Origin: Oligoflexia bacterium
GTDB taxonomy: Bacteria > Bdellovibrionota > UBA1018
Direction of reading: 5' to 3'
DNA length: 64,000 nt
Assembly (NCBI GenBank): GCA_963758495.1
Contig: CAVWVI010000001.1
Coordinates: forward strand, 96,001-160,000
The translations under genes were made by a program, and so were the position numbers. Position 1 is the first letter of the stretch; the number at the start of each line of letters is the position of its first letter. The notes beneath the pieces were generated by a model. The model was given only the letters and a program-made list of their open reading frames with translations. It was not told where the DNA came from and did not search any database. Positions 9,070-19,150 of this stretch are shown in pieces.

Positions 9070-10365
9070 TTAAAAACTAAACGGATCTGTCATTCCATGA
9101 GGACGAATTTTCTTAGGAGGTTGTCTCACGGAGAAGGAATAAAGATTTCCCGCACCCGATAATATATAAAGCTTTTGTGTAAGAGGATCAAAGGCTGGAG
9201 AGCCGGTGAAACCACTTCCATTGCCTACATTATATCGGTAAAGGCCCTTCCCTGTCATTTTATCTAAGACGTACAAATATTGATAACTGGATCCCACGAT
9301 AATATAACGGTCAGTCATTGCTAATTGAGTCGGGACTCCGTGATCTAACTCAAATTTCCAGAGTACTTTTCCGTTACTTTTCTGAAGAGAATAAATATTT
9401 CCGTCCGATGAGGGGAGAAATAAATGTTGATCATCGATCACAACATCTTTACTTCCTCCTGCGTCAAACCGCCAAATCACTTGGCCATCCACACTTTTTA
9501 ATGCATAGAGTTGCCCATCGTAAGAAGGAATATAGACGATGCCATTCTCAAGAGCGGGATGAGCGTCTACATCGTTGAATCGGCTTTCTGAATGAAGTTT
9601 TCGTTCCCATTTGAGTTGTCCTTCCTCTAAGGAAAGGGCCACTAAAAAGCCATCACTTAAGCCTGTTAAGACTTCGTTCCCATTCACAAGAGGTGCTGAT
9701 GCACCACGAATGGTAGTCGAAGCTGAGGATCGTCTGCGATAGTGCCAAAGCCATTTACCAGTTCCTGCATCAAAGGCATAAACCGTGTCATCGGTCGTAG
9801 TTATGAAAATACGACCTCCCTCAACGGTGGGTTTAGAAATAATAGGATTTCGAACATCGTATCTCCAGTTAACCCGACCATTTTCTAGATTTACGGAATA
9901 GAGAAATCCATCTCCCCCACCAAAATAAACATTTCCATGGTCGACCGTGAGCTCGCTTACAACTCCATTCTGAATGGGAAGAACCCAGCGTTGTTGATTG
10001 AGTGAGGGGTAGAGAGAAATAATTCCTATGCTGCTATTGCCAAAAACTAAAGTATTATCAACAATCACCGGATTGGAGTACTCAGTTCCCCGATCTCCCA
10101 TGTCAAATGAACTATGAGTGGGTAAAGTCCATTTTCTTAAAAGGATATGGTTATCTTCATAGAGTTCAGGATGGAGTTGCGGTCCTGAACACCCTGAAGT
10201 CAATAAAGAGCCCATAATCCAGGCGAAAAAATAGATTTTGCTAAAGTTGATTCTTAAGAACTTCAGCAGACTTGGAAAATTCAGTGTTGGGTAAATCGAT
10301 AAGGATTTGGTCATAGGTGCTCCGAGCCTTCGGTGTATCGTGGACTGCTTCATAACCACGTGCAA
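9070..10365 (-). CDS. BamB-like PQQ beta-propeller lipoprotein (true start probably downstream of the ORF start)
   Basis: Repeated DG.LY.....G...W blades, lipobox-like LTSGC, follows a YfgM-like gene. Confidence 0.75.
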   Translation of the reverse strand: MHVVMKQSTIHRRLGAPMTKSLSIYPTLNFPSLLKFLRINFSKIYFFAWIMGSLLTSGCSGPQLHPELYEDNHILLRKWTLPTHSSFDMGDRGTEYSNPVIVDNTLVFGNSSIGIISLYPSLNQQRWVLPIQNGVVSELTVDHGNVYFGGGDGFLYSVNLENGRVNWRYDVRNPIISKPTVEGGRIFITTTDDTVYAFDAGTGKWLWHYRRRSSASTTIRGASAPLVNGNEVLTGLSDGFLVALSLEEGQLKWERKLHSESRFNDVDAHPALENGIVYIPSYDGQLYALKSVDGQVIWRFDAGGSKDVVIDDQHLFLPSSDGNIYSLQKSNGKVLWKFELDHGVPTQLAMTDRYIIVGSSYQYLYVLDKMTGKGLYRYNVGNGSGFTGSPAFDPLTQKLYILSGAGNLYSFSVRQPPKKIRPHGMTDPFSF

Positions 10366-11011
10366 TTCCCATTAGAAGATCGCCTTTGAGACTCCCCTCG
10401 CCTAGATTGATTGCTTTTTGATAAGTTTGAATCGCTTCTGCTGGTTTACCTAAATTTTCTTTAACGTAACCTAACGAGGATAACGCTAAAGCCTTTTCAA
10501 AGTTCCCAGGTGCCGTGTCTACCGCTTTCTCATACCAAGCGTGGGCTTTTTGATAGTCCCCATGGTTGTAGTAAAGGTCAGCTAATTTAAGTCTAGCGTC
10601 AAAGGCCGCGCGAGTATGACTAAAGCTTTCTTCTACCGCTTTGAGTTCTTGGATTGATTTTGGAAACTGCGCGTCAACATCCATCCTTTTAAAGTCAACG
10701 GATGGAGCTTTGGGTGCTCCCTGAGGGGAGTCGGTTCCCACTGAGGGCGTGAGTGCCTTCATTTCAGTTGCTAATGTTTTTTCCGCCAAATAAAGGCCAT
10801 TTTGAGCCTTCTCAGATTTCGAATCCATGCGATTGATCAAGAGGGTTGTCAACAGACCTACGCCGAAGAGTGCTCCAATGAGAATTGCAAACAGATTTGC
10901 GTTTCTTACCAAACCGCTAAAAAAGCGAGAGAGCGCCGCTAAGAAGCTATCTGGACGTTTTAATGATTTCCGATCAAGACCCGAATTTGATGAATAATAG
11001 TGTGATCCCAT
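10241..11011 (-). CDS. YfgM-like membrane-anchored TPR protein
   Basis: N-terminal TM helix, TPR repeats, adjacent to the bamB-like gene and der. Confidence 0.75.
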   Translation of the reverse strand: MGSHYYSSNSGLDRKSLKRPDSFLAALSRFFSGLVRNANLFAILIGALFGVGLLTTLLINRMDSKSEKAQNGLYLAEKTLATEMKALTPSVGTDSPQGAPKAPSVDFKRMDVDAQFPKSIQELKAVEESFSHTRAAFDARLKLADLYYNHGDYQKAHAWYEKAVDTAPGNFEKALALSSLGYVKENLGKPAEAIQTYQKAINLGEGSLKGDLLMGIARGYEAVHDTPKARSTYDQILIDLPNTEFSKSAEVLKNQL

Positions 11012-11041
11012 AGGACTGGTTGTCGCATAATTGAGAGGGAG

Positions 11042-11623
11042 TTGTCAAAAGAGAGGACGACGGTTACGCTAATAAAACGACAAAAGGAACTATTTACAAA
11101 GAATCTGAACAAAGGATGTCCATTGAGAACCCTCATTTTAAACTTATGGATCGGGATTAGTTTCATCAGCTTGTATGCTGGCGACTCGTTTGCGCGAGAT
11201 ATGCAAGGACGCATGGGGATAGGCTATAATGCAGAATTTGCCAATGCCTATACCAGTGGATTTCGAGCGCCTGCAGTCAGTGCCAAATATGGACTTTCTC
11301 GTGATTTGGCAATCGAAGGAGTGGTTGGCTTTGCCTCTCTCAGTCCTATCAATACAGTCTTAGGGGTTAAAGGTTTTAAGAACCTTTTTTATGAACCTAG
11401 CCTCAATTTTTACTTTATGTCGGGATTGGGGTTCCTGGGCGAAAATGGACAGGGGGGGGTTGAGGTGATGGGAGGGTTTGGGGTTGAGTATTTTATTCCC
11501 GGCGTAGACAGCTTAGGCTTTTCTATGGAGACAGGGATCTCGTTGGATAATGGAAGTGGCACCTATGCTCTTAAAACGTTAGGGGTCAGCTTTTTAGATG
11601 CAGGGATTCATTTCTATTTTTAA
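11042..11623 (+). CDS. Small outer-membrane beta-barrel protein
   Basis: Alternating amphipathic strands, C-terminal GIHFYF. Confidence 0.65.
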   Translation: MSKERTTVTLIKRQKELFTKNLNKGCPLRTLILNLWIGISFISLYAGDSFARDMQGRMGIGYNAEFANAYTSGFRAPAVSAKYGLSRDLAIEGVVGFASLSPINTVLGVKGFKNLFYEPSLNFYFMSGLGFLGENGQGGVEVMGGFGVEYFIPGVDSLGFSMETGISLDNGSGTYALKTLGVSFLDAGIHFYF

Positions 11624-12520
11624 GTGAAAGCGGATCGGAGAGCGGGTAAAAAATTGAGTTTATGCACGATGCGGCAAGCAGGAATTGTAAAACCGATCAT
11701 GAGGGGCATTTGGAGGAGCATATGGAGGGGCATCCTGCTCTGCCTGATCTGCTTCAGCGTTTTTACTAAAACAGGATTTGCAGCTCATTCTTCTCATGAT
11801 TCTACTCATGATCAAGGGGGGCAGCCAGCACAACCAGGAGAAGGCACTCCTTCAGAAACAAAGGCCGATAAACCCGAAGAAGAAGACTACTCTTCTACTC
11901 CTTTTACAGAGTTTGGTGAATTCAATGAGACTGGAGATGAAGAGGCGGATACAAAGTTCTTTCAATATGGAAGGCTCTTTGGGGCAAGTTTAGGAGTGGG
12001 GTTTGAATTTATAGACGGTTATCGGGGAGCTCTCTGGAATGGTGGGTTTCCTGCAGTAGACTTCAAATTTCACTATTGGTTTGATTTTAACTTCGCGCTG
12101 GACTTAGGATTTTATACTGCTTCCCATTACTTTGACTCAACGTCGCCTGCACAACTAGGTCATTATGACACGAATCTATTTAGTGTGTATCTCGATGTAA
12201 AATATTATTTTACGACTACCAACTTAAGTGCTGCACTCAGTTTTGCAAATCCTTACATCCTATTAGGAGTGGGATCATTCACGAAGACCCAAACTAACCC
12301 CACGGTGGGTACTCCTGATGTAGATACAAGCTTGGGCCTAAACGCTGGAGCGGGGCTTGAATTTATTTTGTCACCCCGAAAAACATATTTTGAAATTGAA
12401 GCGAAAATCCACGTGGTGAGCTTCAAAGATACTTATACTTCGAATTTTACATCCATGAATCTTCCTAATTTAACCGGAAATTTCTATACGGTTATGGGAA
12501 GTATTCTGTTTACGTGGTAG
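11624..12520 (+). CDS. Outer-membrane beta-barrel protein with acidic N-terminal extension
   Basis: Signal peptide ending GFA, NPYILLGVG and AGAGLEF strands, terminal ILFTW. Confidence 0.65.
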   Translation: MKADRRAGKKLSLCTMRQAGIVKPIMRGIWRSIWRGILLCLICFSVFTKTGFAAHSSHDSTHDQGGQPAQPGEGTPSETKADKPEEEDYSSTPFTEFGEFNETGDEEADTKFFQYGRLFGASLGVGFEFIDGYRGALWNGGFPAVDFKFHYWFDFNFALDLGFYTASHYFDSTSPAQLGHYDTNLFSVYLDVKYYFTTTNLSAALSFANPYILLGVGSFTKTQTNPTVGTPDVDTSLGLNAGAGLEFILSPRKTYFEIEAKIHVVSFKDTYTSNFTSMNLPNLTGNFYTVMGSILFTW

Positions 12521-13886
12521 CTTTTTTACTCTTACCTTCAATGAAGCGAAGTCGAATCGGGCTTCCCATGAATCCCCATTTTTCTCTGATGCCATTCACT
12601 AAATGTCTTTTTAAACTGAAGTGAATTTTATCTGGATTGCTGACATGGCAAACAAAGCTGGGGGGGTTACTGCCAGATTGATGACAAAGGTAGAACTTTG
12701 CATTCATCGGATTATTTCTTCTTGTTTCTTCTCTGACCCATTCCGTAAACTCATGAGTGGAAACTTTTAAATGACGTTGGTGCATGATTTCTTCAAGCAA
12801 GCTCCCTAAGTTTTCCAACCCTTGTCGTTCAAGTGCACTAATAAATAAAATGGGAGCATATTTTAGATAGGCCATCTTGCCACGGATTCTCTCGGCAGCA
12901 AGATCCGTCGTGAATTTCTCATTGCCTGATTGTGTATCCCATTTATTCATCACGAGAACAACGCTACAGCCCACCTCTTCAATTAATCCACCGATTTTCT
13001 CATCCTGGTCACTGATTCCCTTTTCACCATCTAAAAGGAGAAGGGCTATGTCGGCTTCTTCTAATGCTTTTTTAGTCTGTACAACGGATAAAACTTCGAC
13101 GCCTTGCTCGGTCTTACTCTTGCGGCGAATTCCAGCAGTATCAATAAATAAGAAGGGTTTGTCATTTAAAGTGATTAAAGAATCAATTGAGTCCACCGTA
13201 GTCCCAGCAATGGGACTTGTGATCATGCGGTTTTCACCTAAAATGGCGTTCACCAATGTACTTTTGCCCACATTGGGACGACCCACTACCGCAATTCGAG
13301 GGGGACGATGACTTTTCTCTCCGACTTCCGGTACAGACGGTACAGGAGGGATCTCACCGTCGATTGAAAAGTTTACGAGCTGCGCAATCACATCTTTTAA
13401 GTCGTCAATTCCTCGGCCATGTTCTGCAGATATCGTTAGGACTTGATTTAAGCCTACACTGAAAAAATCGGCAATCCGGTCTTCATGAGCTTCTGCATCG
13501 ACTTTATTCACCACTCCAATGAGAGGTATCCTTTGGGTAGCACCCGAACGATTGAGCTTTCGTAAAAGTTCTTCATCCAGGGGAGTGAGTCCTGCTTGTG
13601 AGTCAAAAAGAAAAAGGATGATATCGGCTGTTTCCAAGGCAATTTGAACTTGTTGTTCAATCTGTTCGGAAAAGTTCTCGCCACCGAGCCCACCCGTATC
13701 CGTGACGGTTGCAAAAAAGTGCCTTCCACCGACCCACCACTGAGTTTTCTCTTCTTGGCGATCACGGGTTACTCCGGGAAGATTATGAACCAATGCACGG
13801 CGTTTGCCAATCAGGCGATTAAACAACGTACTCTTTCCCACGTTGGGGCGACCTACAATGACAATACGATAAGACTGTAAAGTCAT
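12510..13886 (-). CDS. der: Ribosome biogenesis GTPase Der
   Basis: Two GRPNVGKS G-domains, DTGG/DTAG and NKVD/NKWD motifs. Confidence 0.95.
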   Translation of the reverse strand: MTLQSYRIVIVGRPNVGKSTLFNRLIGKRRALVHNLPGVTRDRQEEKTQWWVGGRHFFATVTDTGGLGGENFSEQIEQQVQIALETADIILFLFDSQAGLTPLDEELLRKLNRSGATQRIPLIGVVNKVDAEAHEDRIADFFSVGLNQVLTISAEHGRGIDDLKDVIAQLVNFSIDGEIPPVPSVPEVGEKSHRPPRIAVVGRPNVGKSTLVNAILGENRMITSPIAGTTVDSIDSLITLNDKPFLFIDTAGIRRKSKTEQGVEVLSVVQTKKALEEADIALLLLDGEKGISDQDEKIGGLIEEVGCSVVLVMNKWDTQSGNEKFTTDLAAERIRGKMAYLKYAPILFISALERQGLENLGSLLEEIMHQRHLKVSTHEFTEWVREETRRNNPMNAKFYLCHQSGSNPPSFVCHVSNPDKIHFSLKRHLVNGIREKWGFMGSPIRLRFIEGKSKKATT

Positions 13887-14814
13887 GATTTATTCCTTAA
13901 AGGCGGAAGATTGTAACCGATTCTTCGAAGTGTTTCGGCATTTCGGCTCCAGTCTTTGAGAATCTTGACTTTGAGTCCGAGAAAAATTTGTTGTCCGAGG
14001 AAATCTTCAATTTCTTTGCGGGCAGATTGGCCAATTTCTTTGATTTTCTTACCCCCTTGGCCGATCACAATTCCCTTTTGGGAATCACGTTCGACGTGAA
14101 TCACCGCTTCAATTCGGGGGGCTTAGAATTTTCATCAAAATTTTCGATTTCAATCGCACAAGAATAAGGGACTTCATCTCCAAGAAGATAATAAAGACGT
14201 TCCCGTATTTTTTCGGCAACAAAAAATCGGATAGGACGATCTGAGACTTGCTCTGGATCGGGATAATAGATCGGTCCTTCAGGAAGAAGGGACCAACTTT
14301 CTTCCAAAAGCTCTGTGAGACCTATTTTTGAAAGACCTGAAATTTTTCGACTCTCTTTTAACGAAATCCCTGCCTCCTGCATGGCTAGCAAGAGTGATTT
14401 TTCAAAAGCCTCCAATTGAGGAGGAGGAATTTTATTGGCTGCCCAGTCCATTTTATTCATGAGCAGAATAACAGGGGCTTTGGCTCCTTTAAGTAGATCG
14501 ATGACTACATTTTCATGATGAAGGGTTGAGTTTGGATCTACGAGATACCAAATGAGATTGGGAGAATCGATTGCTTGCTTGGCTTCATTAACCATATAGG
14601 CATTGAGGCCACCCATCTTCGCGATGTGAATTCCAGGGGTATCAATAAATACAATTTGACCTTGAGCTTCAGTAAAAATCCCAAGAACTCGATCCCGAGT
14701 TGTTTGGGCTTTCGGAGTCACAATTGAAATTTCAGTTTGGAGAACCGTGTTCAGTAAAGTAGACTTTCCTGAGTTAGGTCTCCCAATAATTGCGATAAAA
14801 CCAGATTTAGACAT
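13883..14814 (-). CDS. era: GTPase Era (apparent frameshift in G6 run at 14116-14121)
   Basis: [18 protein letters not shown] domain ([14 protein letters not shown]) in another frame; one extra C on the coding strand gives [13 protein letters not shown]. Confidence 0.9.
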
Positions 14815-14822
14815 TTAACCTA

Positions 14823-15560
14823 CTAACCTACAGTCATAATTGCAGTACGCGCGGCATTCTGTTCCGCATCTTTTTTTGAAGAGCCCGTGGCTACTGCAAG
14901 TGTCTTACCATTCATTCGAACTTCAATCTCAAATATTTTCGCGTGATCGGGACCATGAGATTCAATGAGATGATAAGTGGGGGTTACCTTCCAACGAGCT
15001 TGAACTATTTCTTGCAGTTGGGTTTTATGATCATAAAACGCCATGAGTTCGCGTTCTTCCATAAAGAGAGGAGCAAAAATATGTCTTACAACAGGATAAA
15101 CGGCATTAAATCCACCATCCAAATAGATAGCCGCAATCAGTGCTTCTAACGTGCTGGATAAAATGGATGGTTTTTCGTTTCCCCCTGTTTGGGTTTCCCC
15201 TTTACCCAGGCGAACGTAGTTTTGTAATTGAATTGACTTAGCAAGTAATGCCAGTGTCTTTTCATTCACTACCGCAGCCCTCATTTTGGAGAGATGGCCT
15301 TCATTTGCATTGGGAAAAGATTCAAGCAAGATATCAGAGACGATCACATCGAGAATCGCATCTCCTAAAAATTCCAAACGCTCATTATCTCGTAGCGCAA
15401 TGGGTTTTTCTTGAAAAAACTCATGTCCATACGATTTATGGGTAAGGGATTGTAAAAGAACCGCACGGTCCCCGAAATTGTAGCCCAGATGCTCCTGTAG
15501 CCTCTCCAACGTCATATTTTTTATGAGATCTCCTGCACCGTGTCTTACAATACTAGTCAA
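14823..15560 (-). CDS. rnc: Ribonuclease III
   Basis: NERLEFLGDA signature and dsRBD; rnc-era-der order. Confidence 0.95.
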   Translation of the reverse strand: MTSIVRHGAGDLIKNMTLERLQEHLGYNFGDRAVLLQSLTHKSYGHEFFQEKPIALRDNERLEFLGDAILDVIVSDILLESFPNANEGHLSKMRAAVVNEKTLALLAKSIQLQNYVRLGKGETQTGGNEKPSILSSTLEALIAAIYLDGGFNAVYPVVRHIFAPLFMEERELMAFYDHKTQLQEIVQARWKVTPTYHLIESHGPDHAKIFEIEVRMNGKTLAVATGSSKKDAEQNAARTAIMTVG

Positions 15561-15704
15561 ATACTGTCAACCAATTTTGTTTCGAAATACAAAAAAACTA
15601 CCTCGGTTTCTAAAAATAAAAACTTCTTGGGTTGCCTGCTTAAGTTGAGATATTCATTTTTATAGTACAATTTTTGATTTTGTACTGTTCTATCCGGGGG
15701 GAAA

Positions 15705-17894
15705 ATGGAATTTCTTAAATCAGTTCAATCACTTATTCTCATTTGTTCATTTTTTGTGTTCAATGCAAACCGGGGTTGGGCTGAGGAGGCAACCTCAAAT
15801 TTAAATTCAAACTCAAACTCAAATTCAGAATCGGTCGTGATTTCAATTCTGCATACGAATGATCTCCATTCTCATTTTCGACAAGAAAAGGGTTCTCAGG
15901 CACTCGGGGGAGTTGCTCGTTTAAAAACGGCTATCCGTCGCTTGAGGAATGATCTACCTCATACTGTCTTGGTAGATGGGGGGGATTGGTCAGAAGGAAA
16001 TATCTACTACAATGAGAATGCTGGGATTGAGTCCGTCAAAATGATGGACCGATTAGGTTATGATGTTGCAGTCGTTGGAAACCATGATTGGCTCAATGGT
16101 CCAGATACTCTTTTAGATACATTGGTCAGTGCCGAATCCAAGACGCAGTTTGTTTCAGCAAATCTGACCACGGATCAATTCAGTCGTGAGCTAGAATTTC
16201 AGAAATGGGTACATCCCTATGTCATTCGAGAAGTCGGGGGGGTGAAGATCGCTTTCATTGGTCTCTCTACTTTTGAGCTGATTTACAATCAGTTTATGGC
16301 TCCGATAAAAATATTTGAACCCTTACGAGTCGCTCATAAAATTTCCTCGGAATTAAAAAGTCAGGGCAAAGCGGATGTCGTCATTGTCATTTCGCATAAT
16401 TCAATTTTAATGAACAAAGCTATCCTTAAATATGCGCCGAAGGTGGATTTGGTCATTGGAGGTCATGATCATGTTAAACTCACGAAGCCCGTAGAGGTCA
16501 GTCGATGGCCTTGGGGAAGTGGTAAGGGGTGGATTGTTGAAACGGGTTCTTGGGGACGCTATTTGGGCCGTGTCGATATCAAGGTCAGTCCTGGCAAGAA
16601 AGTAGAACTGCTGAACTATCAACTGACACAGATGGATTCATCCATTCCTGAAGATCCAGAAACTCTTACCGCAGTTGAACGTTTAGAGGATCGTTTGGAG
16701 CAACGGTACGGACCTGTTTTTCATGACGAGATTGGAAGAAGCGAACTTGAACTGAACCGCACAGGAATTGAGAATGGGATTGGAAATCTGGTGACAGATG
16801 CATTTCGTCAAGCATCGCGAGCCGATTTCGCCATGGATAGCACTCGGTTTATTTACGGAGAACTTCATGCTGGCAAAATCAATACTGCTGATGTCATTAA
16901 TGCAATTCCAGCAGTCTATAGCCCCATTACTCAAAAATCATGGACCCTTCAAGTTCTTCCGATGTTAGGTAAGACGGTCAAACGGATTCTCTATTTAATA
17001 TTTGCGACCAATAAACTAGCCTCTTATGGGTTAGTGAATGTTTCAGGATTAGAATTGACCTACGATCCCTTGTTTTTTATGAATCAGTATCAAAGTAGAA
17101 TTCAAAATCGTTTTGATCGTTTTGATTTGTCTGCTCGGTTTCAAGGTGTTGAAGAGGGCTTTAACTCAGGTGTGAATCCAGACTTTGATCCTGAATCAGA
17201 TCCTGGATTGGATCCTGGATTAAGTGATGATGAGGGTGTGAGTCATTTTTCAGTGGGTATGGAAAGTTTTAAAGTACTCAGTAATCTTCGAATTCAAGGT
17301 CGTCCCCTGAATGAGAAAGCGACCTACCGAGTCGCATTGGGAAATGGACTGGTTCAGGCCATTCAATTCCTCAACTCCTATCTACCTCATCTTATTTCTT
17401 TAGACGGCCTGGAAGATACTGGAGTTGAGAATTGGAGAGTGATTTCAAATTATATTCGTGAAAAATCAGTATTAAACCGAGAAACAGTACCCATCGGAAA
17501 TCGAATTCGAACTCTTCAGCCTGATTTAGGCATCCTTTCGGATGATATGACTTGGGAACCTTTAAGAATGACGGAAAAAGGAGTCATTGCTCGGATTCGA
17601 GTTCGGGTGAAAAACTATGGCACAAACCCCTCCCCTCTCGGCACTGCCAATGGCGGGCCTAAGCTCCATCTTTTAATGAATAAGAATGGTGTGAATTACT
17701 CAATAGACCCAGAATATACTGAAATTGGAGCGTACCAAATGATCAAACTCCTCAATTCAGGCGAATCCCAGGTTTTGAGTTGGGACGTAACTCTTCCTGA
17801 ACAGCAAGGGCTTTTTCCTATTACTGCAAAAATCGAGGGAAATTCTACTGAGAATAATCATGCTAATGATGAAGCAACGCTTTGGCTGAACTGA
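15705..17894 (+). CDS. Exported 5'-nucleotidase/metallophosphoesterase
   Basis: HTNDLHSH, DGGD, GNHD and GGHDH motifs; signal peptide; C-terminal Ig/CARDB-like tail. Confidence 0.85.
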   Translation: MEFLKSVQSLILICSFFVFNANRGWAEEATSNLNSNSNSNSESVVISILHTNDLHSHFRQEKGSQALGGVARLKTAIRRLRNDLPHTVLVDGGDWSEGNIYYNENAGIESVKMMDRLGYDVAVVGNHDWLNGPDTLLDTLVSAESKTQFVSANLTTDQFSRELEFQKWVHPYVIREVGGVKIAFIGLSTFELIYNQFMAPIKIFEPLRVAHKISSELKSQGKADVVIVISHNSILMNKAILKYAPKVDLVIGGHDHVKLTKPVEVSRWPWGSGKGWIVETGSWGRYLGRVDIKVSPGKKVELLNYQLTQMDSSIPEDPETLTAVERLEDRLEQRYGPVFHDEIGRSELELNRTGIENGIGNLVTDAFRQASRADFAMDSTRFIYGELHAGKINTADVINAIPAVYSPITQKSWTLQVLPMLGKTVKRILYLIFATNKLASYGLVNVSGLELTYDPLFFMNQYQSRIQNRFDRFDLSARFQGVEEGFNSGVNPDFDPESDPGLDPGLSDDEGVSHFSVGMESFKVLSNLRIQGRPLNEKATYRVALGNGLVQAIQFLNSYLPHLISLDGLEDTGVENWRVISNYIREKSVLNRETVPIGNRIRTLQPDLGILSDDMTWEPLRMTEKGVIARIRVRVKNYGTNPSPLGTANGGPKLHLLMNKNGVNYSIDPEYTEIGAYQMIKLLNSGESQVLSWDVTLPEQQGLFPITAKIEGNSTENNHANDEATLWLN

Positions 17895-18132
17895 GAGTAC
17901 TTCGAAAGACGGAGTGAGGGGCTTTGGGTCGGGGGAGGTATTCCTCTTTCGTGTGGATTGAACCAGTCTACCTTTAGTCAGGCTGCAAAAAGAAATTCGA
18001 TCATTGATCGTTATTCCATTAATTACGGCTATTGCGCACCGCAGTTAAACCAAATTCTCTAATTTTTTTGTATTAGTCCTAGTTGTGCTTGAAAAGCTCA
18101 ACTTAAATAGCTTATGCGGGTTTATGCTAGAT

Positions 18133-18153
18133 TTAGCTAAGTTTATTAGCTAA
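18133..18153. promoter_or_regulatory. Putative TA autoregulatory operator
   Basis: Two TTAGCTAA palindromes (18133-18140, 18146-18153) just upstream of the antitoxin start. Confidence 0.6.
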
Positions 18154-18163
18154 GATATAGGGT

Positions 18164-18388
18164 ATGAGTAAAGTTTCTGTGTGGAAAGCGAAGACAAATT
18201 TGTCAAAATTAATCCAGGATGTTTTGAATGGGGAGGAAGTGATTATTGCTAATCGGGACAAACCTCTTGTAAAACTTGTTCCTGTAGAAAATAAAGAGCG
18301 GAAGAGTCTACTGGGTTTATTTCAAGGAAAAATTTGGATAAGTAAGGACTTTCAAGAAATTCCAGAAGGTTTTGAGGATTATACGTGA
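18164..18388 (+). CDS. Phd/YefM-family antitoxin
   Basis: AKTNLSKLI..V..GEEVII...KPLVKLVP motif; overlaps the PIN toxin gene. Confidence 0.9.
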   Translation: MSKVSVWKAKTNLSKLIQDVLNGEEVIIANRDKPLVKLVPVENKERKSLLGLFQGKIWISKDFQEIPEGFEDYT

Positions 18389-18780
18389 AGCAAAGTATAT
18401 TGTTAGATACTCAAGTCTTTATTTTTGCTTTGACTTCACCTGACTTAATTCCAAATAAAATAAAAAGGATAATCTCCAATCAAGAGAGTGAGTTTTATTT
18501 AAGCATGGCTAGCATTTGGGAAATGGCGATTAAGGCCAGTCTGGGGAAACTTAAGTTTGAGGGGTCAATCAAAGACATGGTTCAAACATCAGTGAAAGAA
18601 ACTGGTCTTGAAATTCTTCCTATTAAGGCGGAACACATTTACCGCATTGAATTAATGCCATTTCACCACAAAGACCCTTTTGATCGAATTATCATTGCAC
18701 AAGCTATGGTCGAGAAATTTTCAATTATGAGTAGTGATTCGGCATTTGATGACTATGAAGTCAAACGACTTTGGAAGTAG
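18385..18780 (+). CDS. vapC: VapC-family PIN-domain toxin
   Basis: LLDTQ, SIWEMAIK, HKDPFDRIIIAQA and SSD..F motifs. Confidence 0.9.
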   Translation: MKQSILLDTQVFIFALTSPDLIPNKIKRIISNQESEFYLSMASIWEMAIKASLGKLKFEGSIKDMVQTSVKETGLEILPIKAEHIYRIELMPFHHKDPFDRIIIAQAMVEKFSIMSSDSAFDDYEVKRLWK

Positions 18781-19150
18781 CGCCTTTTAATGGTTTATGA
18801 ACGATGAATTATTTTGAATACTCTCTCCCAATTTCAGTATTCTCTAAAAACCTCATTGCTTCACTTTTTTTCAGACATACCTACCCACAATATAATGAGA
18901 AATTACCCAGATCCTACAGAAATCGCCTAAACCAGGGCTTGGTCTCTCAGCTTTCTGTAGGTTTGGTAAATTTTGAGTGGGACCAATGATCTGTGAAAGA
19001 TTAAAGTTCTCTCAAGCCCCCCTTCGCCAGCCGGATAGCGATCCCATGTTCACAGTACAGGCTTATCTTGGGAATACCTCACCCGACCCTAAGCCCCTCC
19101 ACTCCGTCTTTCGAAGTACTCTCAGTTGAATCTTGATGTTGTCCTCGTTA

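Larger units (their letters stand above)
17890..19126. mobile_element. Non-autonomous element bounded by ~55-bp imperfect inverted repeats, carrying a TA module
   Basis: ACTGAGAGTACTTCGAAAGACGGAGTG..GGTATTCC (17890-17944) is the near reverse complement of 19071-19126; TGA flanks both ends (17887-17889, 19127-19129). Confidence 0.7.
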
